A DNA stretch of 32,000 bases from Chlamydiota bacterium (GTDB lineage Bacteria; Auribacterota; JACPWU01), in contig JACPWU010000053.1 in the NCBI GenBank assembly GCA_016196885.1, positions 504 to 32,503 of the forward strand. Direction: 5' to 3'. Of this stretch, positions 7,642-17,024 are shown piece by piece. Position 1 is the stretch's first letter; each line of letters opens with the position of its first letter. Below the pieces are notes generated by a model. The model was not told where the DNA came from. It did not search any database and saw nothing but the letters and a program-made list of their open reading frames with translations. Made by a program: the position numbers and the translations under genes.

Positions 7642-7743
7642 AATTCAGAATTCAGAAGTCAGAATTCAGAAGAAAAGCGAACACGCTAAGTTTTTCGTTT
7701 TTATTCTGAATTCTGTATTCTGTATTCTGACTTCTGTATTCTG
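7642..7743. repeat. Inverted tandem-heptamer element (kdsD|kdsC junction)
   Basis: AATTCAG AATTCAG AAGTCAG AATTCAG AAG / aaaagcgaacacgctaagtttttcgttttt / ATTCTGA ATTCTGT ATTCTGT ATTCTGA CTTCTGT ATTCTG. Confidence 0.9.
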
Positions 7744-7745
7744 TT

Positions 7746-8729
7746 TTAAAAAATCCCATTCCTAATCAAATCCTGCACATCCAACATCCCCACAGGATGA
7801 TCCCTTCCATCCACCACCGGCAATTCATCCACGCGCAAATCCTTCATGACGCGGAGCGCCTCAATCGCCATTTTCCCCACCTCGATGGTCTTCGGATGCC
7901 GGGTCATCAACTCCGAAATCAATTTCTGAAGCACCTGCGGATCTTCTTCTAGATGCCGGCGTAAATCCCCATCCGTAAAAATTCCGACCAAGCGGCCAGA
8001 ATCATCCACCACATTGGCCGCTCCTCCGTGTGCCGTCGTAATACGAATGAGCACATCTCTAACGCATGTTTTCATGTGAACGATGGGGTTCATCTCCCCC
8101 GTTCTCATGATGTCTTCAACCCGCAAGGTCAATTTTTTTCCCAGACTGCCCCCCGGATGATAAAGCGCATAATCCTCTGGTTTAATTCCCTTTCGATCTA
8201 AAAGGGCCATGGCCAAGGCGTCTCCCACCACCAGGCTCACCGTCGTACTGGCCGTAGGAGCAAGACCCAAAGGACAGGCCTCTTTTTGAATCGTGATATC
8301 GAGAACAATGTCCGCATTTTTTGCCAAAGTGGATTGAAGATTTCCTGTCATGCCAATGACCTTGGCCTCCATGTGCTTCAAAAAGGGCAATAAATTTTTA
8401 ATCTCTTCCGTCTCCCCACTGTTAGAAATAATCAGGATGACATCTTTTTCTAAGACTGTTCCCAAATCTCCGTGGCTTGCCTCCGCTGGATGAATGAATT
8501 GAGACGGCGTTCCCGTGCTGTTAAAAGTCGCGGAAATTTTTCTCGCAATAATACCGGGTTTACCCATCCCCGTCACAATCACCTTTCCTTCACAGTGATA
8601 AAGGAGATCCACAGCCCTTTCGAACTCATCTCCCAACCGATCCATCAAAGCTAGAATGGCCTCTGCTTCAGTCTTAATGACCATGCGGGCAATGCGCAAT
8701 GACTCTGATAATTTTTCGGCTGCTCTCAT
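7746..8729 (-). CDS. kdsD: Arabinose-5-phosphate isomerase (SIS + tandem CBS)
   Basis: KpsF/GutQ pattern: GKVIVTGMGKPG, ISNSGETEE, C-terminal CBS pair. Confidence 0.92.
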   Translation of the reverse strand: MRAAEKLSESLRIARMVIKTEAEAILALMDRLGDEFERAVDLLYHCEGKVIVTGMGKPGIIARKISATFNSTGTPSQFIHPAEASHGDLGTVLEKDVILIISNSGETEEIKNLLPFLKHMEAKVIGMTGNLQSTLAKNADIVLDITIQKEACPLGLAPTASTTVSLVVGDALAMALLDRKGIKPEDYALYHPGGSLGKKLTLRVEDIMRTGEMNPIVHMKTCVRDVLIRITTAHGGAANVVDDSGRLVGIFTDGDLRRHLEEDPQVLQKLISELMTRHPKTIEVGKMAIEALRVMKDLRVDELPVVDGRDHPVGMLDVQDLIRNGIF

Positions 8730-8764
8730 GTTTTCTCAATCTATCCTTCTTGGCAACATCTTTT

Positions 8765-8793
8765 AAATCCAAAAATCAAAATGCAAATATCAA
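8765..8793. repeat. Orphan heptamer arm fragment (AAAATCA type)
   Basis: AAATCCA AAAATCA AAATGCA AATATCA. Same unit type as the left arm at 8921-8956, and separated from it by the 100-nt GC-rich element. Confidence 0.7.
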
Positions 8794-8798
8794 TTCCA

Positions 8799-8902
8799 AT
8801 GATCCTTCGAGATCATCATGTGCGATGAAAGTTCTCCCCATCATGCTTTTTTTGTAGTCGCCCGATTCATCGGGCAGCCCCATAAATGGGGCGACTACAA
8901 AA
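8799..8902 (+). repeat. ~100-nt GC-rich structured repeat element, copy A
   Basis: ATGATCCTTCGAGATCAT hairpin, then GATGAAAGTTCTCCCCATCATG, a T-run, GTAGTCGCCCGATTCATCGGGCAGCCCCATAAATGGGGCGACTAC and an A-run. Near-identical to 20302-20404. Confidence 0.9.
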
Positions 8903-8920
8903 TGAGCCTGACTTTCATAG

Positions 8921-9020
8921 CAAATGACAAACCAAAATCCAAAATGATTACCAAAGATAAAGACGTAGATACACTTTGATTTTTAATATGTCATTTTGAT
9001 TTTTGATATTTGATTTTTGA
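8921..9020. repeat. Inverted tandem-heptamer element (kdsA|kdsD junction)
   Basis: Left arm caaatgacaaaccaaaatccaaaatgattaccaaag; centre ataaagacgtagatacac; right arm TTGATTT TTAATAT GTCATTT TGATTTT TGATATT TGATTTT TGA. Confidence 0.75.
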
Positions 9021-9022
9021 AT

Positions 9023-9868
9023 TTATTTAATTCCAAACTTCCCCACCACTCCATCTAATTCCAAGACCTGTTCCAAAAGGTCTGGAAGATCCGCCAAGCG
9101 AACCATATTCGGGCCATCGCTTAAGGCATGATCGGGATCATCATGCACCTCCATGAAAAGACCGTCACATCCCGTGGCCACCGCTGCCCTCGCCAGAGGA
9201 AGAACGAAAGAACGCTCTCCCCCAGAACGATCCCCTTCGCCCCCTGGCAATTGAACACTGTGCGTCGCATCAAAAATCACAGGAAAACCAAAAGAGCGCA
9301 TCACGACCAAACTTCTCATGTCACTCACCAAATTATGATACCCGAAAGAACATCCCCGTTCCGTTAGTAAAATATTCTCTGTACCTACACTTTGAGCTTT
9401 TTCAACCACATTGTACATATCCCACGGGGATAAAAACTGACCCTTTTTGATATTGATGGCCTTTGCCTTTTTGGCCACCTCGACAACCAGATCTGTTTGC
9501 CGGGACAAAAAGGCTGGAATCTGAAGAACATCGGCGACCTCAGCCACAGGAGAAACTTCCTCTATCGAATGGACATCGGTCAAAATGGAGACGCCAAACT
9601 CCTTTTTCACCTTTGTCAAAATCTCCAAACCTTTTTTCAGACCCGGCCCTCGAAAGGAACGAACGGAACTGCGATTGGCCTTATCATAAGAAGATTTAAA
9701 AATCCAAGGTAAAGATTTATTCTTAAAAACACGATGCAAAGCCTCCGCCATTTTCACACAGTGCTCTTCACTCTCAATGACGCAAGGCCCTGCAATAAAA
9801 ACCAAAGGGTGCCCTGAACCGATAGAAATCTTGCCTATTTTTACTTCTTTGACTGTTGGAGAAGTCAT
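9023..9868 (-). CDS. kdsA: 3-deoxy-8-phosphooctulonate synthase
   Basis: FKSSYDKANRSS, IFDATHSVQLPGG, GLFMEVHDDP motifs. Confidence 0.95.
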   Translation of the reverse strand: MTSPTVKEVKIGKISIGSGHPLVFIAGPCVIESEEHCVKMAEALHRVFKNKSLPWIFKSSYDKANRSSVRSFRGPGLKKGLEILTKVKKEFGVSILTDVHSIEEVSPVAEVADVLQIPAFLSRQTDLVVEVAKKAKAINIKKGQFLSPWDMYNVVEKAQSVGTENILLTERGCSFGYHNLVSDMRSLVVMRSFGFPVIFDATHSVQLPGGEGDRSGGERSFVLPLARAAVATGCDGLFMEVHDDPDHALSDGPNMVRLADLPDLLEQVLELDGVVGKFGIK

Positions 9869-9896
9869 GAGATACCCCTATCCTACGATCAAAAAC

Positions 9897-10013
9897 CAAT
9901 CATCACTAATGACAAATTCCCAATTTCAAATGACAAATAAATGTTCAATGACTCAATCTTCAATTGGACATTGGATCATTGGAAATTAATTTGTTATTTG
10001 TCATTGGTCATTA
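9897..10013. repeat. Inverted tandem-heptamer element (pyrG|kdsA junction)
   Basis: The left arm has AATGACA-type units; caaatgacaaataa at 9927-9940 pairs with ttatttgtcattg at 9994-10006. Right arm CATTGGA CATTGGA TCATTGG ... TTTGTCA TTGGTCA TTAC. The right arm overlaps the pyrG stop region. Confidence 0.75.
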
Positions 10014-11634
10014 CTTTCGACCCCTTCTCTCTACCCTGATGTTCCACCACTGCCTGAATAAAACTCGCAAAGAGAGGATGTGCTCGGTCGGGCTTTGATT
10101 GAAACTCGGGATGATATTGACAGGCCACAAACCAGGGATGACCTTCTAATTCTATCAACTCGGCCAAAACCCCGTCGGGAGAAAGCCCCGTCACCTTTAA
10201 TCCATTTTTCTCAAAAATTTCCCGAAATCCGTTATTGAGTTCATAGCGATGACGATGACGTTCCATCACCCGATGGCGGCCATAAATCTCGTAAACTTTA
10301 GAACCCGGCTTCAATTCGCAAGGGGAAGCCCCCAGGCGCATGGTCCCTCCCAAATTTTTCACATTCTGCTGCTCGGAAAGCAGACAAATCACGGGATGCG
10401 GTGTTTCAGGTTCGAACTCGGTGCTGTTGGCCTTATCAAAACCGCACACATGACGCGCAAATTCAATGACAGAGCATTGCATCCCCAAGCAAATCCCAAA
10501 AAAGGGAATGCGATGTTCCCGCGCGTATTGAATCGCAGAAATTTTTCCTTCAATCCCGCGTGTCCCAAATCCCCCTGGGACTAAAATTCCGGACACGTCT
10601 TTTAAGTAAAGACCCGGGCCATCTTTCTCAATTTTTTCAGCATCCACTTTTGTTACTTCGACCCGGACGCTGTTGTGAAAACCCGCATGGATAATCGCCT
10701 CATAAATACTTTTATATGCATCTTGATGCTCAATGTACTTTCCCACCACAGCCATTTTAACGGTCCCCTTGGGATGCTCCATTCTCTCGATCACCTCTCC
10801 CAAAGGGGTCCCCTGATGTTTTCTGGCTGTCAAGGCGAGCTTTTGAATAATCAAATCCCCCAAGCCTTCTTGGGCCAAGAGAAGAGGTACCTTATAAACA
10901 GAATCCACATCTTTGGCTTGAATCACAGCCTTCGGATCCACATTGCAAAAAAGGGCGATTTTGCGCTTCACGTCATCCGAAAGATCCCGCTCTGTACGGC
11001 ACAAGAGAATATCTGGCTGAATACCGATTTGGCGAAGGGTCCCCACACTGTGCTGCGTAGGTTTGGTTTTAATTTCCTCTGCCGCGCGAATATAAGGAAC
11101 ATAGGTCAAATGAATGTAAAGCACATCTTGCCACCCCAAGTCTAAACGAAATTGACGAATGGCCTCTAAAAAAGGAAGACCCTCAATATCCCCGACCGTC
11201 CCGCCCACCTCCCCAATCACAACATCCAAATTTGGATCCAACTCGACCAATTTGCGGATGCGGCCTTTAATTTCATCAATGATGTGGGGTACCACTTGAA
11301 CGGTACGACCCAGATAATCCCCTTTTCTTTCTTTTTTTATCACAGCATCATAAACCTGACCCGTGGTAAAATTATTCGCCCTCGTCATCCGTGCCGAGGT
11401 AAAACGTTCATAATGCCCCAAATCCAAATCTGTCTCGGCCCCATCGTCTGTGACATAAACCTCCCCATGCTGATAGGGGCTCATGGTGCCTGGATCTACA
11501 TTAATATAGGGATCCAATTTTTGAAGCGTTACCTTAAGCCCCGCTTCTTCCAGCAACCGCCCGATCGAGGCTGAGGCAATCCCCTTCCCCAAAGAAGAAA
11601 TGACACCCCCCGTTATAAAGATGTACTTGGCCAT
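9994..11634 (-). CDS. pyrG: CTP synthase
   Basis: [20 protein letters not shown]-terminus and the glutaminase GICLGMQ Cys motif; full length. The last few codons (..VMTNDK) lie in a repeat arm. Confidence 0.97.
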   Translation of the reverse strand: MAKYIFITGGVISSLGKGIASASIGRLLEEAGLKVTLQKLDPYINVDPGTMSPYQHGEVYVTDDGAETDLDLGHYERFTSARMTRANNFTTGQVYDAVIKKERKGDYLGRTVQVVPHIIDEIKGRIRKLVELDPNLDVVIGEVGGTVGDIEGLPFLEAIRQFRLDLGWQDVLYIHLTYVPYIRAAEEIKTKPTQHSVGTLRQIGIQPDILLCRTERDLSDDVKRKIALFCNVDPKAVIQAKDVDSVYKVPLLLAQEGLGDLIIQKLALTARKHQGTPLGEVIERMEHPKGTVKMAVVGKYIEHQDAYKSIYEAIIHAGFHNSVRVEVTKVDAEKIEKDGPGLYLKDVSGILVPGGFGTRGIEGKISAIQYAREHRIPFFGICLGMQCSVIEFARHVCGFDKANSTEFEPETPHPVICLLSEQQNVKNLGGTMRLGASPCELKPGSKVYEIYGRHRVMERHRHRYELNNGFREIFEKNGLKVTGLSPDGVLAELIELEGHPWFVACQYHPEFQSKPDRAHPLFASFIQAVVEHQGREKGSKVMTNDK

Positions 11635-12353
11635 AATATTTTCTTCACCTCCTCTAAATCTTCAGGGGTATCCACCCCGATGGAATCTTCTTGCGTTACC
11701 ATTACTTTAATTCGCCCACCTCTTTCCAAAACCCTCAACTGTTCAAGACCTTCAGCACGTTCCAGAGACGAAGGCTCACTGGAAGCCAAATCCAGCAAAA
11801 AATCCCGCCGATAGGCATAAATCCCCATGTGCTTTAACCAAGAGGGCGTTGGCCCATTTCTAAAAAAAGGAATGGGCGATCTTGAAAAATAAAGCGCAAA
11901 ACCGGACTCATCACAAACCACTTTGACCACCCGTGACTCTTGAAAACCATCGGGCCCCGTCATGGCTCTGGCCAAGGTACTCATCTGGGCATCTCCCTCT
12001 AAAAGACCTTGAACCACTTTATCCACCATGGTTCCTGACATCAAAGGTTCATCCCCCTGAATATTCACAAAAATATCTCCATCCATTTTTCTCGCAATTT
12101 CAGCCACACGATCCGTGCCACTGACATGATCCTTCGATGTCAATAGGGCCCTTCCCCCAAAAGCCTCCACCGCCTTCACAATACTCTGATGGTCACAAGC
12201 AACAATGAGATCCGTCAAAAGCCGAGCACTCTTGGCCCCTTCATAGACGTGCTGAATCATAGGCTTGCCGCAAAGATCGGCCAACACCTTTTGCGGAAAC
12301 CGGGTGGAGCCAAGCCTTGCGGGAATGACTCCAATGATTTTATGAGTAGACAT
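11613..12353 (-). CDS. kdsB: 3-deoxy-manno-octulosonate cytidylyltransferase (CMP-KDO synthetase)
   Basis: [17 protein letters not shown] and IQGDEP motifs. 22-nt overlap with the pyrG start. Confidence 0.93.
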   Translation of the reverse strand: MSTHKIIGVIPARLGSTRFPQKVLADLCGKPMIQHVYEGAKSARLLTDLIVACDHQSIVKAVEAFGGRALLTSKDHVSGTDRVAEIARKMDGDIFVNIQGDEPLMSGTMVDKVVQGLLEGDAQMSTLARAMTGPDGFQESRVVKVVCDESGFALYFSRSPIPFFRNGPTPSWLKHMGIYAYRRDFLLDLASSEPSSLERAEGLEQLRVLERGGRIKVMVTQEDSIGVDTPEDLEEVKKILWPSTSL

Positions 12354-12366
12354 AATATTTACCTCA

Positions 12367-12449
12367 GTGAAGAATGAAAAATGAAAAGTGAAAAGTGAGA
12401 AAACTTGTGTTGGTTTTTAATTTTTCACTTTTCATTTTACATTCTCAAC
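12367..12449. repeat. Inverted tandem-heptamer element (gmhB|kdsB junction)
   Basis: GTGAAGA ATGAAAA ATGAAAA GTGAAAA GTGAG / aaaacttgtgttggtttttaa / T TTTTCAC TTTTCAT TTTACAT TCTCAAC. Confidence 0.88.
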
Positions 12450-13047
12450 TTTTTCGCTTTATCCCCATCTCCGCCTTCATGCTCTCCAAAACGCCACTGT
12501 CTTTTAAAATCCACTCCGCCGCGCTTCCCAAATTGTCCGCAACATAATCTGGAAAAGGCCACTCATCATCATCCTCATCTAAATTCACACCTTCATTTTC
12601 AGAAAGAAGAAGAATGGTTTTACAACTTGCATTTTTTCCGGTCAGAACATCTGAAATTTTATCGCCAATTAAATACGATTTTTTCAAATCTATCCCGTAC
12701 CTCTTTGCCAAATCCTTCAACATCTTGGGCTGGGGCTTGCGGCAAAGACACTTTTCCTCGGGGCGGTGGGGACAATAACTGATGGCATCCAATTCGATTC
12801 CATCTTTTTGGAACTCTTCCACCATCCGATGATGAATGGATTTGAGCATTTCTTCCGCAATAATGCCACGCCCCACCCCTGACTGATTGGTTACCACAAA
12901 AAGTTTAAACCCCATTTCTTTTAACAAAAGAAGGGCCGGCTTTACGCCAGCAATCAAATGGAAATTTTCGATCTTGCTGATATAACCAATATCCTCGTTC
13001 AGGGTTCCATCTCGATCCAAGAAAATTCCACGATTCTTAACTGACAT
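12445..13047 (-). CDS. gmhB: D-glycero-beta-D-manno-heptose-1,7-bisphosphate 7-phosphatase
   Basis: HAD-IIIA motifs FLDRDGTLN, VTNQSG and the Zn site CPHRPEEKCLCRKP. Start set at ATG 13047 (MSVKNRGIF), overlapping the upstream stop by 11 nt. Confidence 0.88.
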   Translation of the reverse strand: MSVKNRGIFLDRDGTLNEDIGYISKIENFHLIAGVKPALLLLKEMGFKLFVVTNQSGVGRGIIAEEMLKSIHHRMVEEFQKDGIELDAISYCPHRPEEKCLCRKPQPKMLKDLAKRYGIDLKKSYLIGDKISDVLTGKNASCKTILLLSENEGVNLDEDDDEWPFPDYVADNLGSAAEWILKDSGVLESMKAEMGIKRKS

Positions 13048-14020
13048 TTTCAAGCTCCTTCTCAATTTCACTTTTGTAAACAACCGCCGTCCCTAATTTA
13101 CCCACCACCACACCCGCACAGACATTGGCCAATTGAGCCGCATCCTTCAAACCCGCTCCACAGGCCATCGAAACCGCAAAGCTCGCAATCACCGTATCTC
13201 CGGCTCCGGACACATCATAAACTTCCCTGGCTCGGGTTGGAATCAGATAAGGTTCCTCATTCTTTTCAAAAAGGCACATCCCTTTGGCACCCAACGTCAC
13301 TAAAATCGCTTGGGCCTCCCACCTATCTAGCAAAATTCTCCCAGCCTCGTCCAGCCTAGAATCATCATCCCCTTCAATTCCAGCAAAATAGGAGGCCTCC
13401 TCGAAGTTGGGCGTTGCAAAGGCAATTCCCCGATAATCTAGAAAATGGCCTTTTTTCGGATCTACCCCTATGGGTATTTCTTCCCGCTTTGCAAAATGAA
13501 TGAGGCGATTCACAAAATCCTGATTCACCACGCCCTTTCCATAATCTTCAATCAAAATGACATCCGCTCTATTTTTGATCTTGGAAAGATGAGATAAAAA
13601 TTTCTGAGTTTGCTTTCCATCCAGAGGAGAAAGCGTCTCTCGATCAATGCGAACCACCTGTTGTTGATGAGCCACCACACGTGTCTTTAATGAAGTGGGC
13701 CTTTCTTTATCCTGCAATACAGGTGAGGTATCTATTTTTCTCCGCCTCATGAGAGAAATAAGCTCGCGAGCCTCATCATCTTTCCCCACCACGCCTGAAA
13801 TCCAAACCTTCGCGCCCAAGGCCGCAATGTTACTGGCTACATTCGCTGCCCCCCCTGGTACATAAGAATCCTTTTCCACTTCGACGACGGGAACAGGAGC
13901 CTCCGGAGAAATCCGACGGACCTTCCCCCACACAAAACAATCCAAAATCAAATCACCCACGACGTAAATCTTGGCAGAGTGAAAACGGGATAGTATCTTT
14001 TTATACTTAGAATGCATCAT
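13037..14020 (-). CDS. rfaE1: D-glycero-beta-D-manno-heptose-7-phosphate kinase (RfaE domain I only, PfkB family)
   Basis: VVGDLILDCFVWGKV, PGGAANVA and DVSGAGDT motifs, ~327 aa with no adenylyltransferase domain. Start at ATG 14020. The track's N-terminal extension (..THHSPLTTHHSP..) translates a heptamer arm. Confidence 0.88.
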   Translation of the reverse strand: MMHSKYKKILSRFHSAKIYVVGDLILDCFVWGKVRRISPEAPVPVVEVEKDSYVPGGAANVASNIAALGAKVWISGVVGKDDEARELISLMRRRKIDTSPVLQDKERPTSLKTRVVAHQQQVVRIDRETLSPLDGKQTQKFLSHLSKIKNRADVILIEDYGKGVVNQDFVNRLIHFAKREEIPIGVDPKKGHFLDYRGIAFATPNFEEASYFAGIEGDDDSRLDEAGRILLDRWEAQAILVTLGAKGMCLFEKNEEPYLIPTRAREVYDVSGAGDTVIASFAVSMACGAGLKDAAQLANVCAGVVVGKLGTAVVYKSEIEKELENVS

Positions 14021-14032
14021 AAAATACCCAAT

Positions 14033-14121
14033 GAATGGTGAGTGGTGAGTAGTGAGTGGTGAGTGGTGAGTAAAAACAAAACACATTTTAAAACTCACCC
14101 CTCACCCATCACTCCTCACCC
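14033..14121. repeat. Inverted tandem-heptamer element with conserved core (DUF3108|rfaE1 junction)
   Basis: GAATGGT GAGTGGT GAGTAGT GAGTGGT GAGTGGT GAG / taaaaacaaaacacattttaaaa / CTCACCC CTCACCC ATCACTC CTCACCC. The right arm covers the last codons and the stop of the DUF3108 gene. Confidence 0.9.
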
Positions 14122-14891
14122 TTGTTTTTAATGATTTCCACCTTTACCAACGTTGCAGTCACACTTCCAAAAGGGACTTTGGTTTTCACCAAGAGGGGAA
14201 GACGTCTGCGATCGTCCGAAACCCATGCCCAAACGCGGCCTCGCTTCTCAAACATTCCCTTAAATTGAGCCAGAGGTTCCACATAAAAAGCATTAAAAGT
14301 TCCGAGTCTGTGAACTTCCCAATTTTTTCGATAATCCTCTACTTGTACTTCCAACTTCCAATTTTTCTCATCGGCATTCACATCCATAAAACAACTCTCC
14401 CCCACTTTCATGGGGAAGGTTCGAAAAAAATAAATCGCCGAAAGGGTGTCTTGTACTTTGGGAGGGATCTCCATTTCCTTCACAGATCCATTTTTAAACG
14501 AATGATATCGAGCCGTATGTTTCTCCTGATCGTAAACCATCTCCTCATCCGAGTGGTAACCTCCCTCAGACTGCTTCTTACAAAAACGCCAGGAATAAAG
14601 GCCCTCCACATCAAAGTAGGTCTCTGCATAATCACGAACCTTATAAAAGGTCGAAAGAAACGAATTGGACCCGGCCTCCATCACGATGTGATAGACGCGA
14701 TGCCCTTCATATTCTTGAATCCCGTGCACATGAAGCGTGGCCCAACCGACTGGAATCACTCCCCAACGTAAAAGATAAGTCAACTTCTCACCCACCCTTG
14801 GACCGTGGGTCCCTGAAACTTCTTGAGCGTGAAGAGAAAAAGAAAATAAAAAGAAAATAAAAATTTTAGAAATCAGAAATCGAATCTCCAT
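14109..14891 (-). CDS. DUF3108 domain-containing secreted protein
   Basis: Signal peptide (MEIRFLISKIFIFFLFSFSLHA) and the DUF3108-like pattern GEKLTYLLRWGVIPVGWATL..FYKVRDYAETYFD. Start set at ATG 14891; the track start is TTG. Confidence 0.72.
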   Translation of the reverse strand: MEIRFLISKIFIFFLFSFSLHAQEVSGTHGPRVGEKLTYLLRWGVIPVGWATLHVHGIQEYEGHRVYHIVMEAGSNSFLSTFYKVRDYAETYFDVEGLYSWRFCKKQSEGGYHSDEEMVYDQEKHTARYHSFKNGSVKEMEIPPKVQDTLSAIYFFRTFPMKVGESCFMDVNADEKNWKLEVQVEDYRKNWEVHRLGTFNAFYVEPLAQFKGMFEKRGRVWAWVSDDRRRLPLLVKTKVPFGSVTATLVKVEIIKNKGEE

Positions 14892-14955
14892 AGATTTTTT
14901 AATGTATAACAACGTTCATGAAATTATGAAAGAAAAAAAATAGCATGCAATTTTT

Positions 14956-14980
14956 CTTTGAACCCTTAAACCTTTGAACC
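14956..14980 (+). repeat. Tandem octamer tract CTTTGAAC CCTTAAAC CTTTGAAC at the cyclase 3' end
   Basis: Direct reading. It encodes the cyclase C-terminal ..KGSKV and its stop. Confidence 0.8.
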
Positions 14981-16882
14981 TTTTTTATCGATAACTTCAT
15001 ACACAGCCACAGACCGCTCCATCCCCTTCACCTTGGTCTCCCCCAAAAATCGGGTCTCCCAATGATTTTCCACCCGTGCGTTCGTGGCCTGACTGATGAC
15101 GATCGGAACATCAAAAGACCTTGTGAGCCCTTCCAGTCGAGCCGCCAAATTTACCTCATCTCCCAAAACTGTATAATTCATGACATGAGAAGAGCCCACA
15201 TTTCCAACCACCATCCAACCCGTGTTGACTCCCACTCCGATAGAAAATGGCTCGTGACCGCGTGCCTTCCAATTTTGCTGAAGCTCCTTTAATTTCTTTT
15301 GCATTTGATAAGCCGCATTGACTGCGCACACCGCATGATTCTGAAACAGGGGAAGGGGCGCCCCAAAAATAGCCATGAGACCATCTCCCAAATACTTGTC
15401 CAAGGTTCCGCCACACTCCAAAATAATCTGGGTCATGGCGTCAAAATATTCGTTCAAAATCGAGATCACCTCTTCTGGCGTTTTTCGTTCACAATAAGAA
15501 GAAAAATTTTGAATGTCCGAAAAAAGAACGGTCAATTCCTCGCGTTTTCCTCCTAACGCCAGCCCTTGAGGATCTTTTAAGACTCTCTCCATCACCGCCC
15601 GTGAAACATAATGCTGAAAAGCTTTTTTAACATATCTTTTTTCTTTCTCTTCCGTCCAAAAACGATGGGTCGTTGAAATGAGATACGATCCCAAAATGGC
15701 CAATGAAGAAATCACCCATGGCAATTGAACATTCCACCTGCCGAACAACACAAAATCGCTCACCGTAAAAACCATCAGGATCGCCAGAGACCCTAAAGCA
15801 GCCCAAAGAGGTTCAGCCCCACAACTCACAAGACTCGTCACAAGACAAAGGCCAAAGAGCATCAACCCATAAGCCCAAAGCGGAACAATTTTAATAAAAT
15901 CCCTTTGCAAAATATTTTGGAGGGCATTGAAATGAACCATCACCAAAGGCGTATTGGGAGAAAGGGGAGTGGGCCCCACATCGGCCACGCCTGTCGCAGT
16001 GAACCCCACGACCACAATAGCATGGGGAAAGACCTTTTTTCTTTTTAAGACCTGATCAAAACGATAAGAGCGAATCTCATCCAAACCCGATCTAAAATTT
16101 ACCAGATAATCCCCTTCGCGATCGATCGGAATGAGAAGCGGGCCCTCTTTCAGCTTTAATTTCAAGAAGGGTCCTGGAAGAAGCTCCACATCCTGCCCCG
16201 AAAGATTGTAATATTGCATGATGAGCTTCAAGGTAAAACTCGGGAGAATCTGATCGCCATATTTGACCAGAAGGGGAATACGTCGAATAGAACCATCTAC
16301 ATCGCGGGGAACATTGATAAATCCCAAGGCACCATTCTGAGCAAGCTCTGGATATGGCATTTCTAATTCTTGAGCTGCTCGCAAGGAAAGATTTTCAGAT
16401 GAAATGCGGGTTAATCCTGAAAGCTCATTTTTCTGGACAATCTTAATTTGCCAATCCTCCAAAGGTTTTCCCCAAGTCTTCTCCATTCTAAAATAAGACG
16501 CATAGGTCAAGGTATCAAAGAGGCGGCTCATTTGCGCAAAATCATGATCGTCAGAAGGATGAGCCGTATCCGCCCCCTCAAAAAGGATGTCAAAACCTAA
16601 GGCAAGCGGAGGATTTTGAGAAAGGACTTGAAGAAGCGCTGCATGATAAGACCGTGACCAAGGCCACCGGCCCAGAACCTTAATCGCCCCATCATCAATC
16701 CCCACCAACATGAGTCTTGAATCAGCTCGGTCTAAACCTCGAAAGAAAAATTTGACATCCAGCCCCTTGAGTTCCATCAACCGAATGAAACGGCCTTGGG
16801 AAAGAAAAGAAAAGACGGTGAATGAGAGAACAGCAATCGCAAAACCTCTCTTCATCCACTTCCTTGAAAAAATGTTTGGCAT
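14966..16882 (-). CDS. CHASE2-sensor adenylate/guanylate cyclase (class III)
   Basis: N-terminal TM, a CHASE2-like periplasmic region (VGIDDGAIKVLGRWPWSRSYHA), TM bundle, and a C-terminal cyclase (VLFSDIQNFSS..YLGDGLMAIFGAP..GDEVNLAARLE). Start at ATG 16882. Confidence 0.88.
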   Translation of the reverse strand: MPNIFSRKWMKRGFAIAVLSFTVFSFLSQGRFIRLMELKGLDVKFFFRGLDRADSRLMLVGIDDGAIKVLGRWPWSRSYHAALLQVLSQNPPLALGFDILFEGADTAHPSDDHDFAQMSRLFDTLTYASYFRMEKTWGKPLEDWQIKIVQKNELSGLTRISSENLSLRAAQELEMPYPELAQNGALGFINVPRDVDGSIRRIPLLVKYGDQILPSFTLKLIMQYYNLSGQDVELLPGPFLKLKLKEGPLLIPIDREGDYLVNFRSGLDEIRSYRFDQVLKRKKVFPHAIVVVGFTATGVADVGPTPLSPNTPLVMVHFNALQNILQRDFIKIVPLWAYGLMLFGLCLVTSLVSCGAEPLWAALGSLAILMVFTVSDFVLFGRWNVQLPWVISSLAILGSYLISTTHRFWTEEKEKRYVKKAFQHYVSRAVMERVLKDPQGLALGGKREELTVLFSDIQNFSSYCERKTPEEVISILNEYFDAMTQIILECGGTLDKYLGDGLMAIFGAPLPLFQNHAVCAVNAAYQMQKKLKELQQNWKARGHEPFSIGVGVNTGWMVVGNVGSSHVMNYTVLGDEVNLAARLEGLTRSFDVPIVISQATNARVENHWETRFLGETKVKGMERSVAVYEVIDKKGSKV

Positions 16883-16947
16883 TGCCAAAGTGATCTCCAA
16901 ATGGTTACAATAGGCGTGTTCGTAAAGTCTGCAATACCCCAAGAAAT

Positions 16948-17002
16948 AAGCACGAAATTCGAAGCACGAAGGTTGTACTCATAAGCAACCATACGAAGCA
17001 TG
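16948..17002 (+). repeat. Seven-nt periodic tract (AAGCACG AAATTCG AAGCACG AAGGTTG ...) in the divergent cyclase/FecR intergenic region
   Basis: Direct reading; AAGCACG/ACGAAGCA recurs three times with 7-nt phasing. Confidence 0.7.
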
Positions 17003-17024
17003 TCTTTTTAGAAAGAGTTTTGCA

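Noticed and set aside
8840-8848. Possible short upstream ORF inside the 100-nt element, read on the minus strand: MMGRTFIA(H/Y)DDLE.. It is a free-standing 22-codon ORF in copy A and in frame with the CsgG-like gene in copy B.
   Set aside because: Three of the four nucleotide differences between the copies in this segment are non-synonymous, and the downstream continuation differs completely. That gives no evidence for coding constraint. The shared reading frame is most simply a by-product of sequence identity.
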